Assembly: GCA_965662235.1 (NCBI GenBank)
Contig: CBFIGY010000003.1
Span: forward strand, 128,001 to 192,000
Length of the DNA stretch: 64,000 bases
Direction of reading: 5' to 3'
From: an uncultured bacterium
GTDB lineage: Bacteria; SAR324; NAC60-12
Below are positions 19,191 through 29,642 of the stretch, piece after piece. Each line of letters opens with the position of its first letter. Positions within the stretch are counted from its first letter, which is position 1. The position numbers were made by a program, and so were the translations under genes. The notes beneath the pieces are model-generated. The model saw only the letters and a program-made list of their open reading frames with translations, ran no database searches and was not told the origin of the DNA.

Positions 19191-20335
19191 CACACAGACT
19201 CCGGCCAGGGGGTTCCCGCCAGAATCATCTGCTGCAACGCCAGCCGCTGCGTGCCCTTCATTTCCTGCCCCTTCACGTCTCGGTAAAGGAACTCGCCCTC
19301 TTCCAGCTTCAGGAGTGCTACATCCGCCTGCGCCCCCTCCTGCAGGGTTCCGAGGTCGGGGCGACGGAGGATGGACGCGGGAGTCGCGGTCACCTTCCGG
19401 AGCGCCTCCAGCAAAGGAACCCCTAGGCACAGGAACTTGGACACAGTCACCAGCACATCAAACGCCGGCCCGTTGACGCTGAGCACGTGTGCGTCACTGC
19501 TGACGGTGTCTGGCTCAAAGCCGTCGGCGAGCATCTCCTGTGCAACCTCAAAGGAAAGCGCGCCCATGCCGTGCCCGACATCAAACAGCACTCCACGTTC
19601 CCGAGCCTGACGAACGGAGTCCCGGGCCTTTCCGTCTGGCGCCACTAGGGAGTTCGGAAAGGGACGGAAGCAGTGCGTGAGGATGTCTCCGGGACGCAGG
19701 AGCGCCAAAATCTCTTCTCGTCCGGGCGGTGGAAAGTCGATGTGGGTCATCACCGGCAAGCCCAGTTCTTCTGCGGCTTCCAAGGCCACCAGCAGCGGAG
19801 CCAGTCCCGCGTTGCCCCCCGCGTTGCGTCCGACTCGAACCTTGATCCCAACAATGCTCTCCGGGAACTGACGTCCCACAGCGACGCACTCCTCAGCATT
19901 CAGCAGGCGCAGGTCCTCGCACTCGGGCGCCATGACCTTTTCACTGAAACCGAAGATGCCGGCAAACGAGACATTGAGGAAGGCAAAGAACCGGAGGGGA
20001 GAGGCATCGGCAATGAAACGTTGAAAACCGGCGTAATTTCCGGGCCCAGCGCTGCCAGCGTCCACAAACGTGGTGGTCCCGCTTCGGCGAGCAATGGGCT
20101 CCGCCTCCACCCCCAGTGACGTTCCCCCCCAGTAAACGTGGGTGTGAAGGTCGATCAAACCCGGTACCACCAACTGACCGGAGACGTCCCAAACGGTCTC
20201 GGCCTCCGAGGGGTCCAAGTCGGGTCCCACGGCCACCACGCGCCCTCCGGCAATTCCCACATCCCACTCTGCATCTAAGTGAACCGCTGGGTCAATCAGC
20301 CGTCCCCCCTTTAAGAGCAATTCAATCCGCTTCAC
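19190..20335 (-). CDS. Amidohydrolase/deacetylase (COG3964, dihydroorotase-like)
   Basis: PGLIDLHTH, DAGSAG, GIKVR, MTH, THCF, DVGHG and SSDAH motifs. GTG start after a purine-rich RBS. Confidence 0.88.
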   Translation of the reverse strand: MKRIELLLKGGRLIDPAVHLDAEWDVGIAGGRVVAVGPDLDPSEAETVWDVSGQLVVPGLIDLHTHVYWGGTSLGVEAEPIARRSGTTTFVDAGSAGPGNYAGFQRFIADASPLRFFAFLNVSFAGIFGFSEKVMAPECEDLRLLNAEECVAVGRQFPESIVGIKVRVGRNAGGNAGLAPLLVALEAAEELGLPVMTHIDFPPPGREEILALLRPGDILTHCFRPFPNSLVAPDGKARDSVRQARERGVLFDVGHGMGALSFEVAQEMLADGFEPDTVSSDAHVLSVNGPAFDVLVTVSKFLCLGVPLLEALRKVTATPASILRRPDLGTLQEGAQADVALLKLEEGEFLYRDVKGQEMKGTQRLALQQMILAGTPWPESV

Positions 20336-20504
20336 AGCCCCCTTTTTCCAAGTCGTTGATGCCGCTTTCTTCCATCGGCAGATGATGTTATCGATACCAT
20401 GACGGGAAATCAAGAAAACAAATGTGGAGCGGTCGGGCTCTGGACGGGGTAAAGGAGCTTGAGCGCGGCAAAGGAAAGCGGTTGCCAAGGCCGCCTACTG
20501 TTCT

Positions 20505-20890
20505 TCACTTTTAAAAACTTCACCTGACAAAATCAACCCCCTTAAAAAACATCTGTAAAATTATAATAAACAAAAAATAACTTTAGTTTTATTTTATTTA
20601 CAATTGTAAAAATTAAAAATCCATCAGCATCTTAGTTTGTTAAGGAGTCTCCCGAGAGACTCTCCAAACGGGCCATACTTCCCTCAGGCCTCGAAGCCGC
20701 TGGAGAAACCGGGTTCCGGCCCTGCGTCTTCTGCCTTCGGAAGAATCCCCCTTGTGGTTATCCGGTTTTCCCGGAAGAATCGAAGGCTGCTTGAGTTCCC
20801 GAAACAGGCCGAAACAAGAGCCTCTCACGGACATCTCTGGCAAATGTATTTTTTTCTTGCAAATGTTCAAACCCTCCCAGAGAATAAAGC
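20505..20890. promoter_or_regulatory. AT-rich divergent regulatory region
   Basis: Very AT-rich at 20505-20640 with the perfect palindrome TTTACAATTGTAAA (20597-20610). Candidate glpS promoter TTGCAA-N17-GAGAAT at 20857-20885. Confidence 0.55.
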
Positions 20891-21043
20891 GCCTGTCCCA
20901 AAACAATGGTGAATGAGCCATCCGCAAACTGAGGATAGTTAAGGTCACTGAAGGCAAGCATTTTGGTGACAACCGAGCGAGCCCTTCTAAAGAAGCGGTT
21001 CGTGTGACGGAGTGGGTGTTCAGCCTGGAGGAGAAACGGAGTC

Positions 21044-22129
21044 ATGACACTAAAGTTGGAGGGAGTCTCGAAGAGTGTGGAGGGTCAGCCCCACATTTAC
21101 GAGACCAGTCTGGAATTGCAAAAGGGGACCATGAATGTCCTCTTGGGGCCCACCTCTTCCGGGAAGACCTCGCTCATGCGCCTGATGGCAGGGCTGGACG
21201 TGCCCAACACGGGGAAGATTTACTGGGAGGGGCAGGACGTCACCGGGCAGCGGGTGCAGGACCGCAAGGTGGCGATGGTCTATCAGCAGTTCATCAATTA
21301 TCCCTCCATGACGGTTTATGAGAACATTGCGTCTCCGCTCCGACTGCTGGGACAGCGGCCTCAGGAGGTTGATGCCGCGGTGCGCAAGACAGCGGACCTC
21401 ATGAAGCTGACCCCGATGCTCGACCGCAAGCCCTTGGAACTTTCCGGAGGACAGCAGCAACGGTGCGCGCTGGCCCGAGCGTTGGTCAAGAACGCTGGCC
21501 TTGTCCTGCTGGATGAACCCCTTGCCAACCTCGACTACAAACTCCGGGAAGAGCTGCGGGCGGAAATTCCCCGCATCTTTGAAGAGTCCGGATCCATCTT
21601 TGTGTACGCGACCACCGAGCCAGAAGAAGCGCTGCTGCTTGGAGGCAACACAGCGACCCTGTGGGAAGGACGCGTGACCCAGTTTGGCCTCACGCCGCAG
21701 GTCTACCGCAAGCCCACCGATGCCGTAACCGCCCGGGTTTTTTCAGACCCGCCCATGAACTTCATCCCGATCACCAAGTCCGGAAATCAGGTTGCTTTTG
21801 GCAGCCGGCAGCACAACGCGACCCCGAGCTTGGCGTCCCTTTCGGATGGCCAGTACCTTGCTGGGTTCCGCCCCAACCACCTCAAGCTGAAGCCCACCGT
21901 CAGTGAGGCCATGGAGTTTCAGACCACCCTGAGCGTCACGGAAATTACCGGCTCCGAAACCTTTGTCCATTTGGATTACGAGGGGAACCGTTGGATTGGG
22001 CTGGTGCATGGCATCCAGAACCTCGAGATCGGCCAGACCCTTCCGGTCTTTCTGGACCCAGCTTACGTTTACACGTTCACCCCAGATGGGACCCTGGTTG
22101 CTCCAGCCCCTTACGCGGAGGTTGCATAA
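21044..22129 (+). CDS. glpS: Glycerol ABC transporter ATP-binding subunit
   Basis: GPTSSGKT, LSGGQQQR, DEPLANLDYKLRE and the characteristic YATTEPEEA; cluster order matches glpSTPQUV. Confidence 0.85.
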   Translation: MTLKLEGVSKSVEGQPHIYETSLELQKGTMNVLLGPTSSGKTSLMRLMAGLDVPNTGKIYWEGQDVTGQRVQDRKVAMVYQQFINYPSMTVYENIASPLRLLGQRPQEVDAAVRKTADLMKLTPMLDRKPLELSGGQQQRCALARALVKNAGLVLLDEPLANLDYKLREELRAEIPRIFEESGSIFVYATTEPEEALLLGGNTATLWEGRVTQFGLTPQVYRKPTDAVTARVFSDPPMNFIPITKSGNQVAFGSRQHNATPSLASLSDGQYLAGFRPNHLKLKPTVSEAMEFQTTLSVTEITGSETFVHLDYEGNRWIGLVHGIQNLEIGQTLPVFLDPAYVYTFTPDGTLVAPAPYAEVA

Positions 22130-22132
22130 CTC

Positions 22133-23218
22133 ATGGCTAAGATCACGCTGGATAACCTCGCCCACTCGTACCTGCCTCATCCCACCTCTGAAGACGATTT
22201 CGCTCTCAAGGACCTCAACCACGACTGGGCCGATGGAGAGGCGTACGCGCTCCTCGGGCCATCCGGATGTGGCAAGTCCACGCTTCTCAACATCATTTCG
22301 GGGCTGCTGTTCCCCAGTCAGGGACGCATCCTGTTTGATGGCGTTGATGTCACGCAGGCTCCCACTGCCGATCGCAACATTGCTCAGGTCTTTCAGTTCC
22401 CGGTGGTTTACGACACGATGACCGTGCGGGACAACCTGGCCTTTCCCCTCCGGAACCGCGGCTCTGACGCCCAGTACATCCGGGAGCGTGTGAACCAGGT
22501 GGCACAGATGATTGGCATGGAGGCAGAACTGGACCGCAAGGCCCGGGGCCTTACGGCAGATGCCAAGCAGAAGATTTCCCTCGGACGCGGCATGGTCCGG
22601 GAAGACGTGAACGCGCTTCTCTTTGATGAACCGCTGACCGTGATCGATCCGCACATGAAGTGGGAACTCCGGACGCAGCTGAAGTCGCTGCACCTGCAGT
22701 TTCAGCACACAATGATCTACGTGACCCACGATCAGACCGAAGCATTGACCTTTGCCGATAAGGTTGTGGTCATGTACGACGGACGAGTCGTGCAGATCGG
22801 CACGCCTCAGGAGCTGTTTGAGCGTCCGGCTCACACCTTCGTCGGTTACTTCATCGGTTCCCCAGGCATGAACCTCTTTGACTTGGAGCTAGATGGCAAC
22901 TGCGCGTATGTGGCGGGGACCCAGGTTGACCTGAACGCCACCTACTCCAGCCCGTCAGGCAAGCTGCAGCTGGGAGTCCGTCCGGACTTCATCCGCTTGA
23001 CCCAAGACGCCGACGGCATCCCGGCCAAGATCGTCCGGGTGGAAGACGTAGGGCGGCACAAGATCATCCGCCTAGAGGTCAATGGACAGAGTGTGAATGC
23101 CATTGCTGAGGAAGGTCAGGAGATCTCAGCCGACGCCCAGCGGGTGAAGTTTCTCCCAGAGGGCCTCAATGTGTATGCGGATGACTGGCGCTTAACGCCT
23201 GAAGGAGAGTCCAAGTAA
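22133..23218 (+). CDS. glpT: Glycerol ABC transporter second ATP-binding subunit
   Basis: GPSGCGKS, degenerate signature LTADAKQKISLGRG, DEPLTVIDPHMKW. Confidence 0.85.
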   Translation: MAKITLDNLAHSYLPHPTSEDDFALKDLNHDWADGEAYALLGPSGCGKSTLLNIISGLLFPSQGRILFDGVDVTQAPTADRNIAQVFQFPVVYDTMTVRDNLAFPLRNRGSDAQYIRERVNQVAQMIGMEAELDRKARGLTADAKQKISLGRGMVREDVNALLFDEPLTVIDPHMKWELRTQLKSLHLQFQHTMIYVTHDQTEALTFADKVVVMYDGRVVQIGTPQELFERPAHTFVGYFIGSPGMNLFDLELDGNCAYVAGTQVDLNATYSSPSGKLQLGVRPDFIRLTQDADGIPAKIVRVEDVGRHKIIRLEVNGQSVNAIAEEGQEISADAQRVKFLPEGLNVYADDWRLTPEGESK

Positions 23219-24087
23219 TGAATAAAACGGTTAATCAAAAGGCGTGGTTCCTGGTGCTTCCGGTGTTGATACTGGTTGCCTTCTCTGCGGTGATTCCCCT
23301 CATGACCGTCGTCAACTATTCGGTCCAGGACACCTTTGGGAACAACAAGTTCTTCTGGGCTGGGCTGGAGTGGTTTCAGGAGATGCTCGATTCGGAGCGC
23401 ATGTGGAATGCCCTGGGACGGCAGCTGGCCTTCTCGGCAATCATCCTCGCCATTGAAATTCCCCTCGGCATCTATGTGGCGCTGCACATGCCCAAGCGTG
23501 GATTCTGGGCCAGCTTCTGTTTGGTGATCATGTCCCTGCCTCTGCTGATTCCGTGGAACGTTGTTGGCACGATCTGGCAGATCTTTGGGCGGGTGGACAT
23601 TGGCCTGCTTGGCTACACCCTCAATCAGGCTGGAATCCCGTACAACTACACGCAGGACTTCTTTGCCGCCTGGACGACCCTGATCGTCATGGACGTCTGG
23701 CACTGGACTTCCCTGGTCGCCTTGCTCGCGTATGCGGGGCTGCAGTCCATTCCGGAAGCGTACTACCAGGCCGCCAAAATCGACCAGGCTTCTCGCTGGA
23801 AGGTCTTCCGCTACATTGAACTCCCGAAAATGTCCGGGGTTCTGATGATCGCCATCCTGCTGCGGTTCATGGACAGCTTCATGATCTACACGGAGCCGTT
23901 TGTTGTCACTGGAGGAGGACCGGGCAACGACACGACCTTCCTGTCCATCGATTTGGTGAAAATGGCTCTGGGGCAGTTTGACCTTGGTCCGGCAGCCGCC
24001 TTCTCGATCATGTACTTCCTCGTCATCCTTTTGATTTCGTGGGTGTTTTACATCGTAATGACGAATCTGGACAAGCAGGAAAACTAG
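23218..24087 (+). CDS. glpP: Glycerol ABC transporter permease
   Basis: NQKAWFLVLPV start, MDVWHWT, EAA-like YYQAAKID loop. Confidence 0.85.
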   Translation: MNKTVNQKAWFLVLPVLILVAFSAVIPLMTVVNYSVQDTFGNNKFFWAGLEWFQEMLDSERMWNALGRQLAFSAIILAIEIPLGIYVALHMPKRGFWASFCLVIMSLPLLIPWNVVGTIWQIFGRVDIGLLGYTLNQAGIPYNYTQDFFAAWTTLIVMDVWHWTSLVALLAYAGLQSIPEAYYQAAKIDQASRWKVFRYIELPKMSGVLMIAILLRFMDSFMIYTEPFVVTGGGPGNDTTFLSIDLVKMALGQFDLGPAAAFSIMYFLVILLISWVFYIVMTNLDKQEN

Positions 24088-24132
24088 CCGTATGTCCGAT
24101 TCTTCTTGGTCCTTTTGTTGGAGAAGCATCTC

Positions 24133-24954
24133 ATGAGTAAGCCGGCCGGCAACGCCCGTACCCAGTCTCCTGTGGTCATTGCCCTCTACCTGATCTTCCT
24201 GATGCTGCCGATCTACTGGCTCCTCAACATGAGCCTGAAGACCAACACCGAGATCCTAGGCGAGATCACCCTGTGGCCTCAGGACCTGACGCTGGACAAC
24301 TACGTTACCATCCTCACCGATGCCAGCTGGTACATGGGCTACGTCAACTCCCTGATCTACGTATTGCTCAACACCGTGATCAGCGTGGTGGTGGCGCTGC
24401 CTGCAGCCTATGCGTTTTCACGCTACAGCTTCATGGGAGACAAGCACCTGTTCTTCTGGCTCCTGACCAACCGGATGGCGCCTCCGGCAGTGTTTGCGCT
24501 GCCCTTCTTTCAGCTCTACTCATCGGTTGGACTCTTTGACACCCACATTGCGGTGGCCTTAGCCCACTGCCTCTTCAATATCCCACTTGCGGTCTGGATT
24601 CTGGAAGGCTTCATGCGGGGGGTTCCCAAGGAGATCGACGAGACGGCTTACATCGACGGCTACAGCTTTGGGCGCTTCTTTGGACGCATCTTCATGCCCC
24701 TCATTGCCTCCGGAGTCGGGGTGGTGGCCTTCTTCTGCTTCATGTTTTCATGGGTGGAGCTGCTGCTCTCCCGAACCCTCACCACGGTGGACGCCAAGCC
24801 CATCTCCGCCATCATGACCCGAACGCAGGGCGCCTCCGGAATCGACTGGGGGGTGCTGGCTGCAGCCGGAGTCCTGACCATTGTCCCCGGAGCCTTGGTG
24901 ATCTACTTCGTTCGCAACTACATCGCCAAGGGCTTTGCCCTCGGGCGGGTCTAA
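24133..24954 (+). CDS. glpQ: Glycerol ABC transporter permease
   Basis: LTNRMAPPAVF, EIDETAYIDG and C-terminal IAKGFALGRV. Confidence 0.85.
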   Translation: MSKPAGNARTQSPVVIALYLIFLMLPIYWLLNMSLKTNTEILGEITLWPQDLTLDNYVTILTDASWYMGYVNSLIYVLLNTVISVVVALPAAYAFSRYSFMGDKHLFFWLLTNRMAPPAVFALPFFQLYSSVGLFDTHIAVALAHCLFNIPLAVWILEGFMRGVPKEIDETAYIDGYSFGRFFGRIFMPLIASGVGVVAFFCFMFSWVELLLSRTLTTVDAKPISAIMTRTQGASGIDWGVLAAAGVLTIVPGALVIYFVRNYIAKGFALGRV

Positions 24955-24976
24955 CCAGCTAAAGGAGTCCCCTCTC

Positions 24977-25249
24977 ATGGAATGGATGGCGTGGACGGTA
25001 CCGACGGCAATCTTCTTTGCGGTCATTGCTTCCCTTCTTGTGACCTTTACTGTGTTGGCCATTAAGTTTCCGGAGACGCCCCGCGTGGGCATCCTCCGCA
25101 TTGAGACCACCCGTGGTGACCGATTGTTCATCACGCTTCTCGGGTCAGCCTTCATCAATTTGATCTGGCTGGGCTTTGAGGTGGGTCCGCAGCCGTATGC
25201 GCTGCTGGCATGCCTGGTTTACGCTGGAGCGGTGTTCCGCTGGGTGTAA
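24977..25249 (+). CDS. glpU: DUF2160 small membrane subunit of the glycerol transporter
   Basis: MEWMAWT start and TTRGDRLF motif. Confidence 0.85.
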   Translation: MEWMAWTVPTAIFFAVIASLLVTFTVLAIKFPETPRVGILRIETTRGDRLFITLLGSAFINLIWLGFEVGPQPYALLACLVYAGAVFRWV

Positions 25250-25336
25250 CCGAAACATGGGGAGCGCGTTGGAGATGTCCTCCACGCTTCCTTGGTGTTA
25301 TCATCAATTCCTAAATCGATAGGGAGGAGAGAGTCA

Positions 25337-27058
<1,722 letters not shown>

Positions 27059-27070
27059 GCCCTTAAGACG

Positions 27071-27098
27071 AAGCCGAGGCGTTCTGCCTCGGCTTTTT
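27071..27098 (+). terminator. Rho-independent terminator of the glp operon
   Basis: AAGCCGAGGC-GTTCT-GCCTCGGCTT followed by a T-tract, 12 nt after the glpV stop. Confidence 0.85.
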
Positions 27099-27265
27099 CC
27101 CCTGCGCCGTCACACAGGCGGCGTCCTCCCTTTTTCCGTACCCGTCTCCCCCCTCAGCAGCCTCAGGTTGTCCCTCGACTCTTCTTGGGCAATGCCGTCA
27201 AGGTCTCGCAAGTTAACCTCCGTGACGCCTGACGGAATCCACCTGTGCTCATTTTCATGCTCGTT

Positions 27266-27308
27266 TGTCCGAAAATGTCCGAAAACTTGGAATTGAAAGG
27301 TTTTTCAA
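27266..27308 (+). promoter_or_regulatory. Candidate transcription-factor sites upstream of the envelope operon
   Basis: Tandem direct repeat TGTCCGAAAA x2 (27266-27285), then inverted repeat TTGAAA-N4-TTTCAA (27293-27308). Confidence 0.45.
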
Positions 27309-27521
27309 ATTAAAAACGGGCCTTACATTTTGGAAAAAACCCAGTCATCATGGAGATGAGCCCGTGAGTTTCGAGAAAAACCACCGTCCTCTCTGAAAAT
27401 CACTGAGGTGTCCGTCTCCTTCTGATGAGACCCAACTGAAGGTCCGTCCTTCTTCCCTCTCCGGCAACGAGCCCGGTGCGCTCCGGCGCGATGTGTCAAC
27501 TTTCGTTTCAACCAAGAGGTC

Positions 27522-28166
27522 GTGATGAAATCAAGTAAGCTGTTTCTGGTTGCCGCGGCAGCCCTGACATTGGCGTTGGGTGCCTGCTCCAGCAGTCAGC
27601 CTCAACCGCAGAACACTGCCCCTGCCACGCAAGCGGACCCCGACTTCTCGAACCGTCCTGACTGGACGATGAACGAGCCCGACATTGAAGATGAGAAAAT
27701 GTCTTTTGTCGGCCTCTCTGCGATTCATGCGAACGAAAAGAACGCCCGGGATGACGCCCGCCGCAGTGCCGTCAACGCGGCCGTGCAGTACCTCGGCACC
27801 ATTGCCAAGAACAAGTTTGAACAGGCATCCGTCAGCTACGGCCTCGCCACTGAGGTCGTGGACCCCACCACCAGCGCCCGGACGTTTGAAAAGCAGGTTT
27901 CCGCCAATGTGGCCCGGCGCCTGCGGACCGAAAAGTGGTACATGGAGCGCGAAAGCGACGCCTCCGGCAAGCGGGGGTACAAGTACTTTGTGCTTGCCAC
28001 CGTTCCGATGGAAGAACTGGACAACGCCTTTAAGCAGAGCGCCCGTGAGAACATCGCCGACGCTCAGCGACGGGCCAAGGACGCCGCAACCGCCCAAGCC
28101 AAGAAGCAGGCTGAAGACGCGGCCTCCTTCTGGGCAGACATGGAAAAACAGGGTTTGACTGAATGA
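27522..28166 (+). CDS. LPP20-like lipoprotein
   Basis: Lipobox LGAC; RPDW...FVGLS...ARDDARRSA pattern typical of LPP20-like proteins. Confidence 0.65.
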   Translation: MMKSSKLFLVAAAALTLALGACSSSQPQPQNTAPATQADPDFSNRPDWTMNEPDIEDEKMSFVGLSAIHANEKNARDDARRSAVNAAVQYLGTIAKNKFEQASVSYGLATEVVDPTTSARTFEKQVSANVARRLRTEKWYMERESDASGKRGYKYFVLATVPMEELDNAFKQSARENIADAQRRAKDAATAQAKKQAEDAASFWADMEKQGLTE

Positions 28167-29620
28167 AACCGACTGGCTGGATGATTCTGGGAGTCCTGGC
28201 GACCCTAGGAGGATGTGCCTCCCAGCCAGCGACGCCCCCACCTCCGGCGCCTCCCGAGCCCGTCCGAGAGGAGTTGGTTCGCCGAGCACCGGATCCAGAA
28301 CCGGAGTGGGCCATCCAAGGCACACGACCGGAAAACGACGAGTTTCTCTACTTTGTCGGCTACTCCAGTAAGCAGGCCGAGGAGAAGAACGCGGTCGATG
28401 AGGCCCGTCGGGATGCCGGAAACCGCTTTGTTGAGTACTGTGGCGTGGAGGCCCGGACATTCAGCCAGTTTCTTTCCGTCAGCTATGGACTGTCCTCTGA
28501 GGTTCAGGACGCGACCCAGTCAGGAGTCACCGGCTCCAATCAGCAGGCTGAGGCTTACTTCAGCCGCCTGAAGCTGGTGGAGCGCTCCGTGGAGCTCTAC
28601 CGCGAGGTGCAGGGCGAGCAGGAGCTCAAGCGCTTCTGGCGCATGAAGGTCCTGGTGCAGGTCCCCCGGAGTGAGTACGACGCTGTCCAGCAGTGGAAGC
28701 AACAACGGGAGGCCAACGCAGAGGCGCTGCTGGCGCGCATCCGGGATTCCGCCCAAACCTCAGCCCGCGAAGGAGACCTGCTCGGCGCCCTGGCGCTGCT
28801 CAAGCAGCTCAAGGAAGAAGCGCCCCAGCAACCCACCCCCAAGCGAAGCGCTTTTGTCGCAGAAGCCAACGGGTTGGAAAATCAGTGGCTGGGCGCCCTC
28901 ACCCTTGCGGTGAACAACGGCGATGCCCAGGTGCTGGAACCCGGACAGACTCCAGCGCCCCTGAAGGTGCAGATCCAGACTCGGGTCGGCGGCACCACGG
29001 TACCCGTCCGGAACTTCCCGGTCGCGTTCCTTTCAGGTGAACGGTCGGTCCCGGTGACCACCGACCCCAGCGGCATCGCAGCGCTCACGCTTCCCGCCAG
29101 CCGAGGTGCGGGAACGCTCGTGGTGATGGCGGCTCCCGATCCCGAACGGCTCCAAGGAGCCCTTCCGGAGCAAGCGCTGATGGCTCTCATCGGACGCCAG
29201 GTTCCGTTTCGCATCAAGGTGGAAACCCCGTTCTTGAAGCAAATGGCGCCTCAGGAGTTTCCGCTTCAGCTCCGGACCTCTGCACAGGCGCCTCTGGCTC
29301 CTGGTGAGGAGTTTCGGGTCTTCAGTTCCTGTGCGCAACGGTGCTACCTGCGGCTGTACGTCTGGGACGGTTCGCAGGGGGTCCTCCTCATCAACACAGC
29401 CCGCAAGCTGCTCCGCAACCAGGAGCAGGCGTTGCCGCCGCTGACCCCGGACACGCCCGGACGGTACACCCTGATTGCGCTGGCCACAACCGAGTCCTTC
29501 CCGGACGCGGTTCAAGAAGGGACCGCTTATGGTCCCACTGAGTTTGCGGTGGTTCTCAAAAACTTTCGAAACATGACCTGGCCCAAAGCCGAGGCGCAGG
29601 TGGACGTCACAGTCGAATGA
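28163..29620 (+). CDS. Lipoprotein with LPP20-like, helical, Ig-like and DUF4384-like domains
   Basis: Lipobox LGGC. N-domain is paralogous to the preceding gene (SVSYGLSSEVQDAT vs SVSYGLATEVVDPT). C-terminal PGEEFRV...YLRLY...YTLIALAT. Confidence 0.6.
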   Translation: MKPTGWMILGVLATLGGCASQPATPPPPAPPEPVREELVRRAPDPEPEWAIQGTRPENDEFLYFVGYSSKQAEEKNAVDEARRDAGNRFVEYCGVEARTFSQFLSVSYGLSSEVQDATQSGVTGSNQQAEAYFSRLKLVERSVELYREVQGEQELKRFWRMKVLVQVPRSEYDAVQQWKQQREANAEALLARIRDSAQTSAREGDLLGALALLKQLKEEAPQQPTPKRSAFVAEANGLENQWLGALTLAVNNGDAQVLEPGQTPAPLKVQIQTRVGGTTVPVRNFPVAFLSGERSVPVTTDPSGIAALTLPASRGAGTLVVMAAPDPERLQGALPEQALMALIGRQVPFRIKVETPFLKQMAPQEFPLQLRTSAQAPLAPGEEFRVFSSCAQRCYLRLYVWDGSQGVLLINTARKLLRNQEQALPPLTPDTPGRYTLIALATTESFPDAVQEGTAYGPTEFAVVLKNFRNMTWPKAEAQVDVTVE

Positions 29621-29642
29621 CGCACAACCCACAGGAGACGTC

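Noticed and set aside
19191..20488. Extended N-termini in the ORF track (to 19430 and 20488; likewise metK, eutB, ehuA, dppF, galU)
   Set aside because: They overlap neighbours or lack homology-like sequence; downstream starts with an RBS or translational coupling fit better.
20637..21045. Short ORFs in the glpS upstream region
   Set aside because: No motifs, atypical composition and mutually overlapping; likely non-coding.
21743..24129. 363-aa and 337-aa minus-strand ORFs opposite glpT and glpP
   Set aside because: Antisense shadows of the transporter genes.
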